A stretch of DNA of 64,000 bases from Candidatus Kaiserbacteria bacterium (GCA_016867375.1 VGJQ01000001.1:21394-85393); one strand, 5' to 3'. Positions 1-9,608 are shown, counted from the stretch's first letter. Made by a program: numbers and translations. Notes: generated by a model not told the origin, from the letters alone.

Positions 1-1
1 C

Positions 2-814
2 GATGCAATCAAAAAGACGACCGGCATGATCCTCACTACGGGCCCTACAGGCGCAGGTAAATCGACTACTCTCTATACACTGCTCGATCTCGTCAATACA
101 CCCAATGTAAACATCTCGACCGTCGAAGACCCGATCGAATACCAGATGGCGCGCGTCAACCAGACTCAGGTACGCCCGGATATCGGATTCACCTTTGCCA
201 ACGGTTTGCGTACGCTCGTGCGCCAAGACCCAGACATCATCATGGTGGGCGAAATCCGCGACAAAGAGACGGCCGCACTCGCCGTCAATGCCGCACTCAC
301 CGGTCACCTCGTGCTCTCGACTTTGCACACCAATTCGGCCGCAGGAGCGATCGCGCGCCTCCTTGATATGGGCATCGAGCCCTTCCTCCTCGTATCGACC
401 TTGCGCGTCATCATCGGCCAACGACTCGTACGCAAGATCGCCGGACAAAAAGAACAATACGAGCTCGGAAAAGACGCTCAAGAACAGCTTGCGGAGCTCG
501 TCGATCCGGCCGCTGTGCTCAAAGCACTCAAAAAAGAGCGCATCGTCTCACCGGAGAGCCTCTGGAAAGATCTTCCGTTCTTCCATCCCTCAGAGAGCGA
601 GGGACATGCGGGATACGCCGGACGCATCGGTATCTACGAAGTCTTGCCGGTGACCGCGACCATCAAAGAGCTCATCATGCAAAACGCAACAGGTGACGCG
701 ATCGGGGAGCAGGCACGCAAAGAGGGGATGCTTACCATGGCCGAAGACGGTATCTTCAAGGCAGTACAAGGACTCACCACGATCGAAGAGGTGATGCGTG
801 TGATTACGGAATAA
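2..814 (+). CDS. pilB: PilB/GspE-family type IV pilus ATPase, 5'-truncated by the window edge
   Basis: Walker [48 protein letters not shown]; frame is open to the window start. Confidence 0.9.
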   Translation, partial: DAIKKTTGMILTTGPTGAGKSTTLYTLLDLVNTPNVNISTVEDPIEYQMARVNQTQVRPDIGFTFANGLRTLVRQDPDIIMVGEIRDKETAALAVNAALTGHLVLSTLHTNSAAGAIARLLDMGIEPFLLVSTLRVIIGQRLVRKIAGQKEQYELGKDAQEQLAELVDPAAVLKALKKERIVSPESLWKDLPFFHPSESEGHAGYAGRIGIYEVLPVTATIKELIMQNATGDAIGEQARKEGMLTMAEDGIFKAVQGLTTIEEVMRVITE

Positions 815-846
815 AAGAAGGATTCAATATCCTTCGATTTGACGAG

Positions 847-869
847 TGGTACATTTTTGGTACACTTTC
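847..869 (+). promoter_or_regulatory. Tandem TGGTACA repeat, putative TA operator
   Basis: TGGTACAtttt-TGGTACActtt with 11-bp period, directly upstream of the antitoxin ATG at 873. Confidence 0.45.
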
Positions 870-872
870 CGT

Positions 873-1130
873 ATGGCAACGACAAAACAACGAATACAGG
901 TGACTTTGTCGCCGGCGGCGCGCCGCGCACTATCGATTATCGCCAAAGGGCGCAAGATACCGGCCGGCACACTCGCCTCAAGACTCATCGACGAGGCACT
1001 CGAGATGGAGGAAGATTTTGCGCTTTCAAAAATCGCCGATGAGCGCTTCTCGGCAAAACCGAAACGCTGGCTTACACATGAAGAAGTATGGGGCACACCG
1101 ACTGGACGATCGCGTACCACCCGAAAGTAG
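873..1130 (+). CDS. Antitoxin, ribbon-helix-helix-like
   Basis: MATTKQRIQVTLS (RHH beta-strand pattern), acidic C-terminus with THEEVW; overlaps the downstream RelE-like gene. Confidence 0.75.
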   Translation: MATTKQRIQVTLSPAARRALSIIAKGRKIPAGTLASRLIDEALEMEEDFALSKIADERFSAKPKRWLTHEEVWGTPTGRSRTTRK

Positions 1131-1378
1131 CCGGCGAAGATATCCCGCAGCTGGATGCGCCGATGCGGCGCGATATAGAACGCGCGATCCGCACACGGCT
1201 CACCATTGATCCGTTCACGTTTGGCAAACCGCTCCAGTATTCCCTCAAAGGAGTACGATCATTGCGTGTCGGCGCCTATCGCGTGTTATATATGATCGAA
1301 CGTTCGACCGTCTTTATCGGGGCGATCAAACATCGGTCGATAGCATATCGAGACGGAATCGAGAAGCGGTTTTATTGA
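1088..1378 (+). CDS. RelE/ParE-family type II toxin
   Basis: 96 aa; GKPLQYSLKGVRSLRVGAYRVLY and IKHR motifs typical of RelE. Confidence 0.85.
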   Translation: MGHTDWTIAYHPKVAGEDIPQLDAPMRRDIERAIRTRLTIDPFTFGKPLQYSLKGVRSLRVGAYRVLYMIERSTVFIGAIKHRSIAYRDGIEKRFY

Positions 1379-1593
1379 TAACACACCATACACCGCTGAT
1401 AAAATGCTCGCGAAGTCATGCACCTCTTCTTGAAGCCATGTATCATGGTCCTGGCGATGAGGGGGCGACGTATCATGAGGGCCTTATGGCAAAAGCACAC
1501 CAAATCATCTTCGAACTATTGTGGGGCCGGCTCACCTAGTACTACCCACATCAAACGATAATTGAGATCATATACCACGGTATACTGGAGTAC

Positions 1594-2814
1594 ATGGCTC
1601 ATTTTACGTATACCGCTACGAAAAGCACCGGCGAACCGTATTCTGGTTCGGCGGAAGCAGCTGATCGTTTTGAGCTCTATCAGGCGATCCGTCGCGAGGG
1701 AGGGCATCTGATTTCGGTCAAAGAGGAGGTGGAGAATAAATGGCTCACGCTTGATTATTGGAATCTGCTGGTCGCACGCGTCGGCGAATACGACAAGATC
1801 CTGCTCGCCCGCAATCTCGGCGCTATGCTCGCGGCAGGCCTCTCGCTCACACGCGCACTCGCCGTCATCGAACGCCAATCCAAAAATGCAAAGCTCAAGT
1901 ATGTAGTATCACAGATCGCCGAAGAGGTACGCCGTGGCGACAACTTCAACACGGCACTTTCAAAATTCCCCGGCGTTTTTTCCCCGATTTTCATCGCAAT
2001 GGTCCGCGCCGGAGAAGAGGGAGGCGATCTCACCGGCTCACTCGCCACGGTCGCTGATCAGATGGAGCGCATACATGATCTCAAGAAAAAAATCCGTGGT
2101 GCGATGATCTATCCGTCTATCGTACTGATCGCCATGATTGGCATCAGCTTCCTCATGATGACAGAGGTCGTCCCGACCCTTGCACAAACATTCGAAGAAA
2201 TGAATGCCAAGCTCCCTACCTCGACGCAAATCGTCGTCGGCATCAGCAATGCGCTCCAACATTACACACTGTATGTGCTCATAGGCGCCATAGCGTTTGG
2301 TGCCGGCATCTACGGAATACTGCGGACGCGCCAAGGTCGGCGTGGATATGAGTGGATTCTACTGCATATGCCGATCATCAATACGCTGGTGCGTGAAGTC
2401 AATGCAGCGCGCACCGCACGCACACTCGCCTCACTGCTCTCCGCAGGTGTAGATGTAATCACCGCACTCTCCATTTCCTCCGAGATCGTCCAAAACTCCT
2501 ACTTCCGCGATGTCATCGACGATGCGACGAAGGCAGTCCGCGCAGGAGAACCGCTCTCGACCACCTTTGCGCGCAACGAAGACCTCTATCCGGCATTCGT
2601 CGGGGAGATGATGATGGTCGGAGAAGAGACGGGTGCCACCGCCGACATGCTCAAACGCCTCGCGCTCTATTATGAGATGGAGGTCGATCGCAAGACCAAA
2701 GACATGTCCACGATCATTGAGCCGTTCCTCACGCTCCTCATCGGCGGCGGCGTCGGCTTTTTCGCGGTGTCGATGATCACGCCGATCTACCAGATGACCG
2801 AAAAAATTGGCTAA
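1594..2814 (+). CDS. pilC: Type IV pilus/T2SS platform protein PilC (GspF family)
   Basis: Two T2SSF repeats (MVRAGEEGGDL, MMMVGEETG), GAMIYP, IEPFL and TM segments. Confidence 0.92.
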   Translation: MAHFTYTATKSTGEPYSGSAEAADRFELYQAIRREGGHLISVKEEVENKWLTLDYWNLLVARVGEYDKILLARNLGAMLAAGLSLTRALAVIERQSKNAKLKYVVSQIAEEVRRGDNFNTALSKFPGVFSPIFIAMVRAGEEGGDLTGSLATVADQMERIHDLKKKIRGAMIYPSIVLIAMIGISFLMMTEVVPTLAQTFEEMNAKLPTSTQIVVGISNALQHYTLYVLIGAIAFGAGIYGILRTRQGRRGYEWILLHMPIINTLVREVNAARTARTLASLLSAGVDVITALSISSEIVQNSYFRDVIDDATKAVRAGEPLSTTFARNEDLYPAFVGEMMMVGEETGATADMLKRLALYYEMEVDRKTKDMSTIIEPFLTLLIGGGVGFFAVSMITPIYQMTEKIG

Positions 2815-2870
2815 GGCACAGCAGGGTACAGGGCCCGGTGTCCTCCAAGCGGTTATGGTACAATCCGCAC

Positions 2871-3623
2871 ATGCAATGGCTCGTGGTCGCAAATTGGAAG
2901 ATGAACCCGGGGACGGCCGCCGCGGCACTCTCGCTTTTCGAGGCAACGAAGAAAGCATCCGAAAAAGCGCGTAATGCGACCATCATCATCGCCCCTCCGG
3001 CGATTTTCTTGCCTCGCTTGCGCACGTCGTATCGCGGAAAAAAGGTCCAATTCGGCATCCAGCACGGACATTTCGAGCACAGCGGCTCCTATACCGGCGA
3101 GATATCGCTCACGCAGGCGAAAGATGCGGGTGCCTCATGGGCAATCATCGGCCACGCCGAACGCCGCGCAGTGGGAGAGACCGACGAAGATGTCTGTAAA
3201 CAGGTCGTCAGAGCACTTACCCTAAAAATGACGCCGATTCTCTGTATCGGTGAAAAAGTGCGCAGTGCCTCGGGCGATCACCTGCACTTTATAAAAGAGC
3301 AACTCAGGATAGGACTTGCCGACGTGTCTCCCGCAAAGCTCGGAAAAATAGTGATCGCGTACGAGCCAGTATGGGCGATCGGCGCCGCGGAAGCCATGCA
3401 GCCGCGCGACATGCACGAAATGGCGATCTTTATACGCAAAACGATCGTCGATACCCATGGTAAGCCCGGCCTTTCTGTAAAAATACTTTACGGTGGCTCA
3501 ATCGACGAGACCAATGCAGGAGCGATGCTTCGGGAAGGGGATGTGCAGGGCCTTCTCGTCGGGCGCGCCTCGGCGGATGCTGCACAATTTGCACACCTTG
3601 TGAGCGCAATTGAAAAAGCATAG
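2871..3623 (+). CDS. tpiA: Triosephosphate isomerase
   Basis: ANWKMN, IGHAERR, IAYEPVWAIG, ILYGGSI, GLLVGRAS. Confidence 0.96.
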   Translation: MQWLVVANWKMNPGTAAAALSLFEATKKASEKARNATIIIAPPAIFLPRLRTSYRGKKVQFGIQHGHFEHSGSYTGEISLTQAKDAGASWAIIGHAERRAVGETDEDVCKQVVRALTLKMTPILCIGEKVRSASGDHLHFIKEQLRIGLADVSPAKLGKIVIAYEPVWAIGAAEAMQPRDMHEMAIFIRKTIVDTHGKPGLSVKILYGGSIDETNAGAMLREGDVQGLLVGRASADAAQFAHLVSAIEKA

Positions 3624-3625
3624 TT

Positions 3626-3688
3626 CCCGTTAGAAATCAGACACCACAAACATAATGCGTATGAACATTACCTATCGTTTCTAACGTG
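3626..3688. repeat. MITE-like element with CCCGTTAGAAA...TTTCTAACG inverted ends
   Basis: Same terminal inverted repeat as the in-frame element in uvrD (16214-16280). Confidence 0.65.
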
Positions 3689-4819
3689 ATGAAATACCTA
3701 ACCGACATTCCATCAGACACTCTCTCCGGCACGTACGTCCTCGTCCGCGCTGGTCTTGATGTGCCACTCGACGAGCATGGCGATGTCGCCGATCTTTTTC
3801 GCGTAGAGCGCGCGGCACAGACGATCCGCTACCTGCGCGACCGCGGCGCCAAAGTGATCGTCATGTCCCATATCGGCCGCGACCCGGAGACCACCAATGA
3901 AGCGGTTGCTCGGGCCCTCAAAGCTCATGTACCCGTCTTCTACGTCCCTGACATCGTAGGGGTACAGGCCCAACATGCGCGCAGGAGTATGAAAAACGGC
4001 GACGTGCTCCTTTTGGAAAATCTCCGCACCGACCCGCGCGAGACTGCCAACGATCCGGGATTCGCGCAAGAGCTCGCCGCACTCGGCGATGTGTATGTCG
4101 ACGACGCGTTTTCAGTCGCACACCGCGCACACGCCTCGATCGTCGGTGTCCCTCGACACATTCCTGGCTATGCGGGAATCCTCGTATGCGAGGAGATCGA
4201 GCGCCTCAAGGAGGCACGTACGCCCGCCTCACCCAATGTCGCGATCCTCGCGGGGGCCAAATTTGAGACAAAAGAACCCCTCATCAAGCTCCTCCTTGAG
4301 ACCTACGATCACGTCTTCGTGGCCGGGGCCTTGGCCAACGACATCTTCAAGGCACGCGGCCTCGCCGTCGGCACCTCGCTCATTTCCGAAGGTGTGCCTG
4401 GTCTCGATGTGCTCCAACATCCAAAGCTTCTCGTGCCTGTCGACGTCACCGTCGAACGTCCCGACAAACAGGCGCATGTGAAAAAAGCGACCGAAGTCGA
4501 TGCTGATGAGCGCATCGTCGATATGGGACCCGATTCACTCGGCCTTCTCGCACCACTCGTCGCATCTGCAAAATTCATCCTCTGGAACGGTCCGACGGGC
4601 ATGTACGATCACGGATACGGCACCTGGACAGATCGCGTCGCAGAAATGATCGCGCGCTCAGATGCGCAGGCGGTCCTCGGCGGAGGAGACACCGTCGCCG
4701 CGATCCAGCAGGCCCACACCCAATTGAACGAGCGTATTTTCCTCTCGACCGGCGGCGGTGCCATGCTCGAGTATCTGACCAAAGGTACGCTGCCGGGCAT
4801 TGAGGTATTGACTCAATAG
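3689..4819 (+). CDS. pgk: Phosphoglycerate kinase
   Basis: VRAGLDVP, SHIGR, LLENLR, DAFSVAHRAHAS, WNGPTG, GGGDT, STGGGAMLEYL. Confidence 0.96.
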   Translation: MKYLTDIPSDTLSGTYVLVRAGLDVPLDEHGDVADLFRVERAAQTIRYLRDRGAKVIVMSHIGRDPETTNEAVARALKAHVPVFYVPDIVGVQAQHARRSMKNGDVLLLENLRTDPRETANDPGFAQELAALGDVYVDDAFSVAHRAHASIVGVPRHIPGYAGILVCEEIERLKEARTPASPNVAILAGAKFETKEPLIKLLLETYDHVFVAGALANDIFKARGLAVGTSLISEGVPGLDVLQHPKLLVPVDVTVERPDKQAHVKKATEVDADERIVDMGPDSLGLLAPLVASAKFILWNGPTGMYDHGYGTWTDRVAEMIARSDAQAVLGGGDTVAAIQQAHTQLNERIFLSTGGGAMLEYLTKGTLPGIEVLTQ

Positions 4820-4871
4820 ATACGTTTGATAAAAAGACGCGAGAGCCCAATAGGCTCATCTGGAGGAAGAA

Positions 4872-5030
4872 ATGCGCGTAACCTCGGACCTCAAAAAATT
4901 CGTTGATGAGTTGCTACCCGCAATCGTTCGGGACATCAAGATAGGCGCACTGATCGTCGCTGGATTTTTGACGCTCTTGGCAATTCTTCTAATTGCGGAT
5001 GCAATATGGAGAATGTTTCCGTCGCACTAG
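4872..5030 (+). CDS. 52-aa single-pass membrane protein, absent from the ORF track
   Basis: GGAGG SD upstream; MRVTSDLKKFVDELLPAIVRDIKIGALIVAGFLTLLAILLIADAIWRMFPSH; followed by a terminator. Confidence 0.55.
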   Translation: MRVTSDLKKFVDELLPAIVRDIKIGALIVAGFLTLLAILLIADAIWRMFPSH

Positions 5031-5040
5031 ACGTGCGCAC

Positions 5041-5068
5041 AACTCCCGCAAGAAATTGCGGGAGTTTT
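5041..5068. terminator. Intrinsic terminator between convergent genes
   Basis: AACTCCCGCAA-GAAA-TTGCGGGAGTT followed by TT. Confidence 0.75.
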
Positions 5069-5474
5069 ATATGTGGGCGGCAATTTTTCCTCGCACCGTT
5101 TCCGCTTCGCCCTCCCTATATGCACCATGTGGCCAGAGCTTGAGGCCGTCTCCGCGATAGCGGGGGATAAGGTGCATGTGGGGATGCTCAATGATCTGTC
5201 CGGCATGCTCGCGATTGTTCATCATGAGATTGACGCCATCAGCCTGCAGCGACTCCTCGATCGCGATCGCGACTTTGCGCACGGACTCAGAGACCGCACC
5301 CCAGCTCTCCGGAGCAATATCAAAAATATTCATCGCATGCGCCTTGGGTACGACGAGCGTATGTCCCGACGTGACCGGATGAATGTCGAGAAAAGCAAGC
5401 GTGTGCTCATCCTCATACACCGTGAAACTCGGTATCTCACCGCGCACTATTTTGCAAAAAAGACAATCCTGCAT
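5067..5474 (-). CDS. HIT-family nucleotide hydrolase
   Basis: DCLFCKI, AFLDIHP, GHTLVVPK, HPHMHLIPR histidine triad. Confidence 0.95.
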   Translation of the reverse strand: MQDCLFCKIVRGEIPSFTVYEDEHTLAFLDIHPVTSGHTLVVPKAHAMNIFDIAPESWGAVSESVRKVAIAIEESLQADGVNLMMNNREHAGQIIEHPHMHLIPRYRGDGLKLWPHGAYREGEAETVRGKIAAHI

Positions 5475-5510
5475 AGATACCCAATTATACCAATATCACA
5501 CCACATCGCA

Positions 5511-5550
5511 CACTTGTTTATAGTTCGCGGCCGCGAACTATAAACAAGTG
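5511..5550. repeat. Perfect 40-bp palindrome, copy 1
   Basis: CACTTGTTTATAGTTCGCGG|CCGCGAACTATAAACAAGTG. Confidence 0.95.
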
Positions 5551-5585
5551 CCTCATAATACAACGTTCACATTGTTTGCATTCTC

Positions 5586-6206
5586 TTAATCCAGTGGTAA
5601 GCCGAAGTGCTTACGGAGTGGTCGATCATATTCGACCGCATCGGCAATAAGGTATAGGAGGTTGGTACCGATGCACAGATTCGACTTGAGTAGAGCGATC
5701 ACTTCTTCGCAGTCATACGGATAGACCCACACACTATGTTGCAGTCGTAAGAAGCCAAGGTGGCGGACAAGGTATCGGATATGGTCACGCTGCGCTTTTC
5801 GTTTCTCCGGTATGTCAAAGATGACGATGCGCCAGCGACGATCCCACCGTTTTGGCTTGACGATAGATTTTATGCGACTCAGCTCCGCTTCCAAAAAATC
5901 CTTCCCCTTGTCAGTGATGCACATGCGCTTGCGGCCATTTTCATATCGGAACTCGACCAAACCCTTTCGTTTAAGACGCGAAGCCGTTTCATGGAGGCGC
6001 TGACGTGGGTCGGAAGGAAGGATCATATCGAGATGCTCGTTTTTCACGAGCGACAACACTTTTGGCGCCGCCATGGCCACTGTAAGAAGCCCTCCAGTGA
6101 CCAGCGTACCTAAAAGAACCTTCTCGAGTGCACCACGGCGAGCACGCTTCCTGACAACTCCCTCTAGGGTGAGAGTGGATACATTTTTACCGGGTAGTCT
6201 TTTCAT
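5586..6206 (-). CDS. PaaX-like protein (wHTH plus Cas2-like ferredoxin-fold domain)
   Basis: RLKRKGLV...ITDKGK wHTH wing; WDRRWRIVIFDIPEK...LGFLRLQHSVWVYPY; no CRISPR array or cas1 in the window. Confidence 0.8.
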   Translation of the reverse strand: MKRLPGKNVSTLTLEGVVRKRARRGALEKVLLGTLVTGGLLTVAMAAPKVLSLVKNEHLDMILPSDPRQRLHETASRLKRKGLVEFRYENGRKRMCITDKGKDFLEAELSRIKSIVKPKRWDRRWRIVIFDIPEKRKAQRDHIRYLVRHLGFLRLQHSVWVYPYDCEEVIALLKSNLCIGTNLLYLIADAVEYDRPLRKHFGLPLD

Positions 6207-6227
6207 AATGCAATGCGGAGATTATAG

Positions 6228-6267
6228 CACTTGTTTACAGTTCGCGGCCGCGAATTGTAAACAAGTG
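6228..6267. repeat. 40-bp palindrome, copy 2 (one mismatch)
   Basis: CACTTGTTTACAGTTCGCGG|CCGCGAATTGTAAACAAGTG. Confidence 0.95.
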
Positions 6268-6445
6268 TTAGCGCGTCTATAGCACCGTTTATTGACTCAG
6301 ACCAAAGTGTTCGGCGAGGCGATAGAGTTTTTGGGAGATCTTTTAAAAGACCTCCTTTACCATATGTGGATCTGAAAATACCATAGCACACTGTTTCAAT
6401 CTGTCCATTGAACTCCAATTAGGTCACGATGCTACAATCATTGCG

Positions 6446-8143
6446 ATGAACGATGTTGGTATATCAGACCTCGTGCGTACACTGCTTGCCAAACGCGGTG
6501 TTGAATCAGAAGAAGACGTCGCCGCGTTTCTTTCTCCCGATTACGATGCACACACGCATGCGCCGGAATTATTGCACGACATGAAGATCGCAGTCGACCG
6601 CATCTTGAAAGCGATCGAGAACAACGAGCGGATTGCATTCTATACCGACTTCGATTGTGACGGGATTCCCGGAGCGGCGATTCTGTCGGACTTTTTTGCA
6701 AAAATAAAATACGACAATGTCGAAGTATATATTCCACATCGCGACAGGGAAGGATACGGCTTCCATGTCGCAGCGATCGAGCAGCTCGCTGCACGCGATG
6801 TGAAGGTGATCATCACTGTCGACGTCGGCACGGTCGCGCGCGAAGGATGTGCAGCCGCTCACGCATTGGGGATCGACGTCATCGTGACCGATCATCACGA
6901 AATCATCGGGGAGCGCCCCGCATGCTTGGCACTCGTGAATCCAAAGATTGCACCCTACCCGTTTGGCGGACTCTGCGGGGCGGCGACCGCATTCAAGCTC
7001 GTGCAAGCCACACTCGCCGAAGGGAAGCGGCGCGGACTCGAATCGTTCACGTCGATTCCCGATGGATGGGAAAAGTGGCTTCTTGATCTCGTCGCGATTG
7101 CGACCGTCGCGGACATGATGCCGCTCGTCGGCGAAAATCGCACGCTCGTACATTGGGGCCTCAAGGTGCTGCGCAAATCCGCTCGCCCCGGGATCGACGC
7201 CTTGTGCGCGGCGGCGCGCATCCGCAAAAGCGAGCTCACTGAAGATGATATTGGATTCACCATCGCACCTCGTGTGAATGCCGCTTCACGTATGGATGAG
7301 CCGAATCTCGCACTCAAACTCCTCACGACCCGTGACCGCGATGAGGCACAGTACCTCGCTGCGCAGCTCGAGCACCTCAACGCGAGCCGCAAGGGCGTCG
7401 TCGCAGGGATCGTAAAAAACGCGCGCAAGCACGTGGCCGCCCGCTATGGCGAAGGCGATAAAGTCGTCGTACTCGGCGACACAGCGTGGAAGCCCTCCCT
7501 CCTCGGGCTCGCCGCAAATTCGATCATGAACGATCGCGGCGGCATCGTGTGCTTGTGGGGCCGCGACGCACATGGAAAACTCAAAGGCTCGTGCCGCTCC
7601 GATGGCGAGATCAGTCTGGTGGACCTTTTTACCCATGCGCGCGACGTGTTTGAAGAGTGCGGCGGACATGCAGCATCGGGCGGATTCTCCGTTTCACACG
7701 AGCACGTACACACGCTTCCTGAGGCGCTTGCGCGCACCGTTTCACAGATTCAGTCCGATATGTCTGCGGACCCAAAGGCAAGCAACGCACCAGATCATGA
7801 CTCCATCATTACATTACGGGAAGCTTCTTGGGCGCTTTTCAAAGACATCTCGCTTCTCTCTCCATTTGGTATAAGCAACACGAAGCCCGTGTTTCGAATT
7901 TCGACCGTGACGATCCGATCAGTGCGACAATTTGGAAAAGAAAATAATCATGTCGAACTCCAACTCATAGAAGAGCGGACCAACGCGGCCGCGCGTGCAT
8001 TTCAATTCTTCAAAACCGCTGAAGATTTTTCACACACGCCCCGCGTAGGTGACACCGTGCACGTACTCGCCACACTGGAGCGCGACACCTTCCGTGGAGA
8101 GACCGCGACGTGCCTCCGCGTGATCGACATCCTCTCCGCGTAA
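6446..8143 (+). CDS. recJ: ssDNA exonuclease RecJ
   Basis: DFDCDG, ITVDVG, TDHH, ATVADMMPL, APRVNAASR, GGHAASGG. Confidence 0.95.
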   Translation: MNDVGISDLVRTLLAKRGVESEEDVAAFLSPDYDAHTHAPELLHDMKIAVDRILKAIENNERIAFYTDFDCDGIPGAAILSDFFAKIKYDNVEVYIPHRDREGYGFHVAAIEQLAARDVKVIITVDVGTVAREGCAAAHALGIDVIVTDHHEIIGERPACLALVNPKIAPYPFGGLCGAATAFKLVQATLAEGKRRGLESFTSIPDGWEKWLLDLVAIATVADMMPLVGENRTLVHWGLKVLRKSARPGIDALCAAARIRKSELTEDDIGFTIAPRVNAASRMDEPNLALKLLTTRDRDEAQYLAAQLEHLNASRKGVVAGIVKNARKHVAARYGEGDKVVVLGDTAWKPSLLGLAANSIMNDRGGIVCLWGRDAHGKLKGSCRSDGEISLVDLFTHARDVFEECGGHAASGGFSVSHEHVHTLPEALARTVSQIQSDMSADPKASNAPDHDSIITLREASWALFKDISLLSPFGISNTKPVFRISTVTIRSVRQFGKENNHVELQLIEERTNAAARAFQFFKTAEDFSHTPRVGDTVHVLATLERDTFRGETATCLRVIDILSA

Positions 8144-8152
8144 AAACGCCGA

Positions 8153-8304
8153 GGTGCGGCAACCCGGGCTGCAGTGCACATTTCAACTGTTCGAGCACAG
8201 CATACATCATGTCATCACCGGACCCGAAGCCCAGCAATTCTCTGATTGAAGAGTGGAAAGCGGGCGAGTTTTGAAACGTGCACTGCAGCCCGGGTTGCCG
8301 CGCC
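8153..8304. repeat. Long-stem structured element, copy A
   Basis: 34-nt inverted arms (8153-8186 / 8271-8304, 2 mismatches) around a core shared with 9463-9608. Confidence 0.85.
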
Positions 8305-8365
8305 CAAAGGACAATCCACATGCTTCATTTTCCCCACGCCATCTCCATGATAGCGTTATATATGT

Positions 8366-9031
8366 ATGAATACCTTTTCACCGAGTTCGTCATTACAATT
8401 TGGTTGGCACACTTTTAAAAAGCGCGGGTGGTTTTTGGTCGGCAGCACCCTTCTGATGCTTGTGATCTTTTGGATGATTAGTGCGATCCAAAGTGCACCA
8501 CAGGACAACGCCGGGGTAGGACTCCTGATTTTTCTCGCGACCACTACAGCGTCGACTTTCGCGAGCATGGGCCTCACCGCGTTCTTCATCCGCGCGCATG
8601 ATGACGTCATGCATGTATCGCTCAATGAACTGTGGCACCCACAGCAGTTTTGGCAATTCCTCGCCGTGTCGATCCTGGTCGGCATCGCGAGCGTCATAGG
8701 CTTGATACTACTCATCATTCCCGGCCTCATCCTCATCACCATGTTTGCGTTTGCTAAGCTTCTCGTGATCGATCGTGCCATGGGTCCGATCGATGCGATG
8801 AAGGAAAGCATGCGCCTCACCAAAGGCAGTCGACTCAAGTTGTTCTTGCTCTTACTCGCGCTTCTTGTCATCAATATCCTCGGCGCTTTGACGCTGCTCA
8901 TCGGCCTACTCGTCACGATTCCCGTGAGCATGCTCGCGCTCACGCATGCATATCGCTCGCTTTCGCACAAAGGCACGCACCACCCCAACACGACACAGCT
9001 TCCGCACGCGCCGAATACATCTGCGATATAA
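8366..9031 (+). CDS. Integral membrane protein (DUF975-like)
   Basis: Multiple TMs; LLIIPGLI, GPIDAMKESMRLTKG, IGLLVTIP motifs. Confidence 0.75.
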   Translation: MNTFSPSSSLQFGWHTFKKRGWFLVGSTLLMLVIFWMISAIQSAPQDNAGVGLLIFLATTTASTFASMGLTAFFIRAHDDVMHVSLNELWHPQQFWQFLAVSILVGIASVIGLILLIIPGLILITMFAFAKLLVIDRAMGPIDAMKESMRLTKGSRLKLFLLLLALLVINILGALTLLIGLLVTIPVSMLALTHAYRSLSHKGTHHPNTTQLPHAPNTSAI

Positions 9032-9038
9032 TCGGATG

Positions 9039-9452
9039 ATGGAACGCGTGACGATTTATACAGACGGGGGAGCGCGCAACAACCCCGGACCAGCCGCGGC
9101 GGGTGCCGTTATCATGCATGGTGGAGAGGCAGTGACAGAAATCAAACAGTATCTCGGACCGCAAACAAATAATTGGGCTGAGTACGAGGCAGTCGCACTT
9201 GCCCTTGCCGAAGCAAAGCGACTCGGTCTCAACGGCACCCCGATCGAAGTCCGTCTCGACAGCAAGCTCGTCGCCGAACAACTCATGGGCAATTGGAAAA
9301 TCAAAGAGCCTACCCTCAAACCGCAGTGGGCCAAAGTGCGCGCGATGATGGCAGCGGATTTCCCCGATATCACATTCACACACATCCCGCGCGAGCAAAA
9401 TAAAGAAGCCGATCGACTCGTCAACGAAGCGCTTGATGAAGCCGGACACTAA
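9039..9452 (+). CDS. rnhA: Ribonuclease HI
   Basis: YTDGGARNNPG, TNNWAEY, DSKLV, HIPREQNKEADRLVN. Confidence 0.93.
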   Translation: MERVTIYTDGGARNNPGPAAAGAVIMHGGEAVTEIKQYLGPQTNNWAEYEAVALALAEAKRLGLNGTPIEVRLDSKLVAEQLMGNWKIKEPTLKPQWAKVRAMMAADFPDITFTHIPREQNKEADRLVNEALDEAGH

Positions 9453-9462
9453 AGATACGCGG

Positions 9463-9608
9463 GTGCGGCAGTGGTGTGGGCGTGAGTGTTTCAACTGTTC
9501 GAGCACAGCACATACTATTTATTCCTCGGACCCGAAGTCCAGAAAACTCTGTTCGATACAAAAACGCGGGCGAGTTTTGAAACACTCACGCCCACACCAC
9601 TGCCGCAT
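9463..9608. repeat. Long-stem structured element, copy B
   Basis: 32-nt inverted arms (9463-9494 / 9577-9608) around core CTGTTCGAGCACAGCA...GGACCCGAAG...GCGGGCGAGTTTTGAAAC. Confidence 0.85.

Noticed and set aside
1400-1540. Short ORF or gene remnant between relE and pilC
   Set aside because: No start signals or recognisable motif
5511-6267. CRISPR-Cas locus (Cas2-like gene plus repeats)
   Set aside because: Only two repeats about 680 nt apart, with no spacers and no cas1 or effector genes
8153-8304. Hammerhead ribozyme (CTGATTGA...GAAA)
   Set aside because: The CUGANGA core is imperfect and absent from copy B
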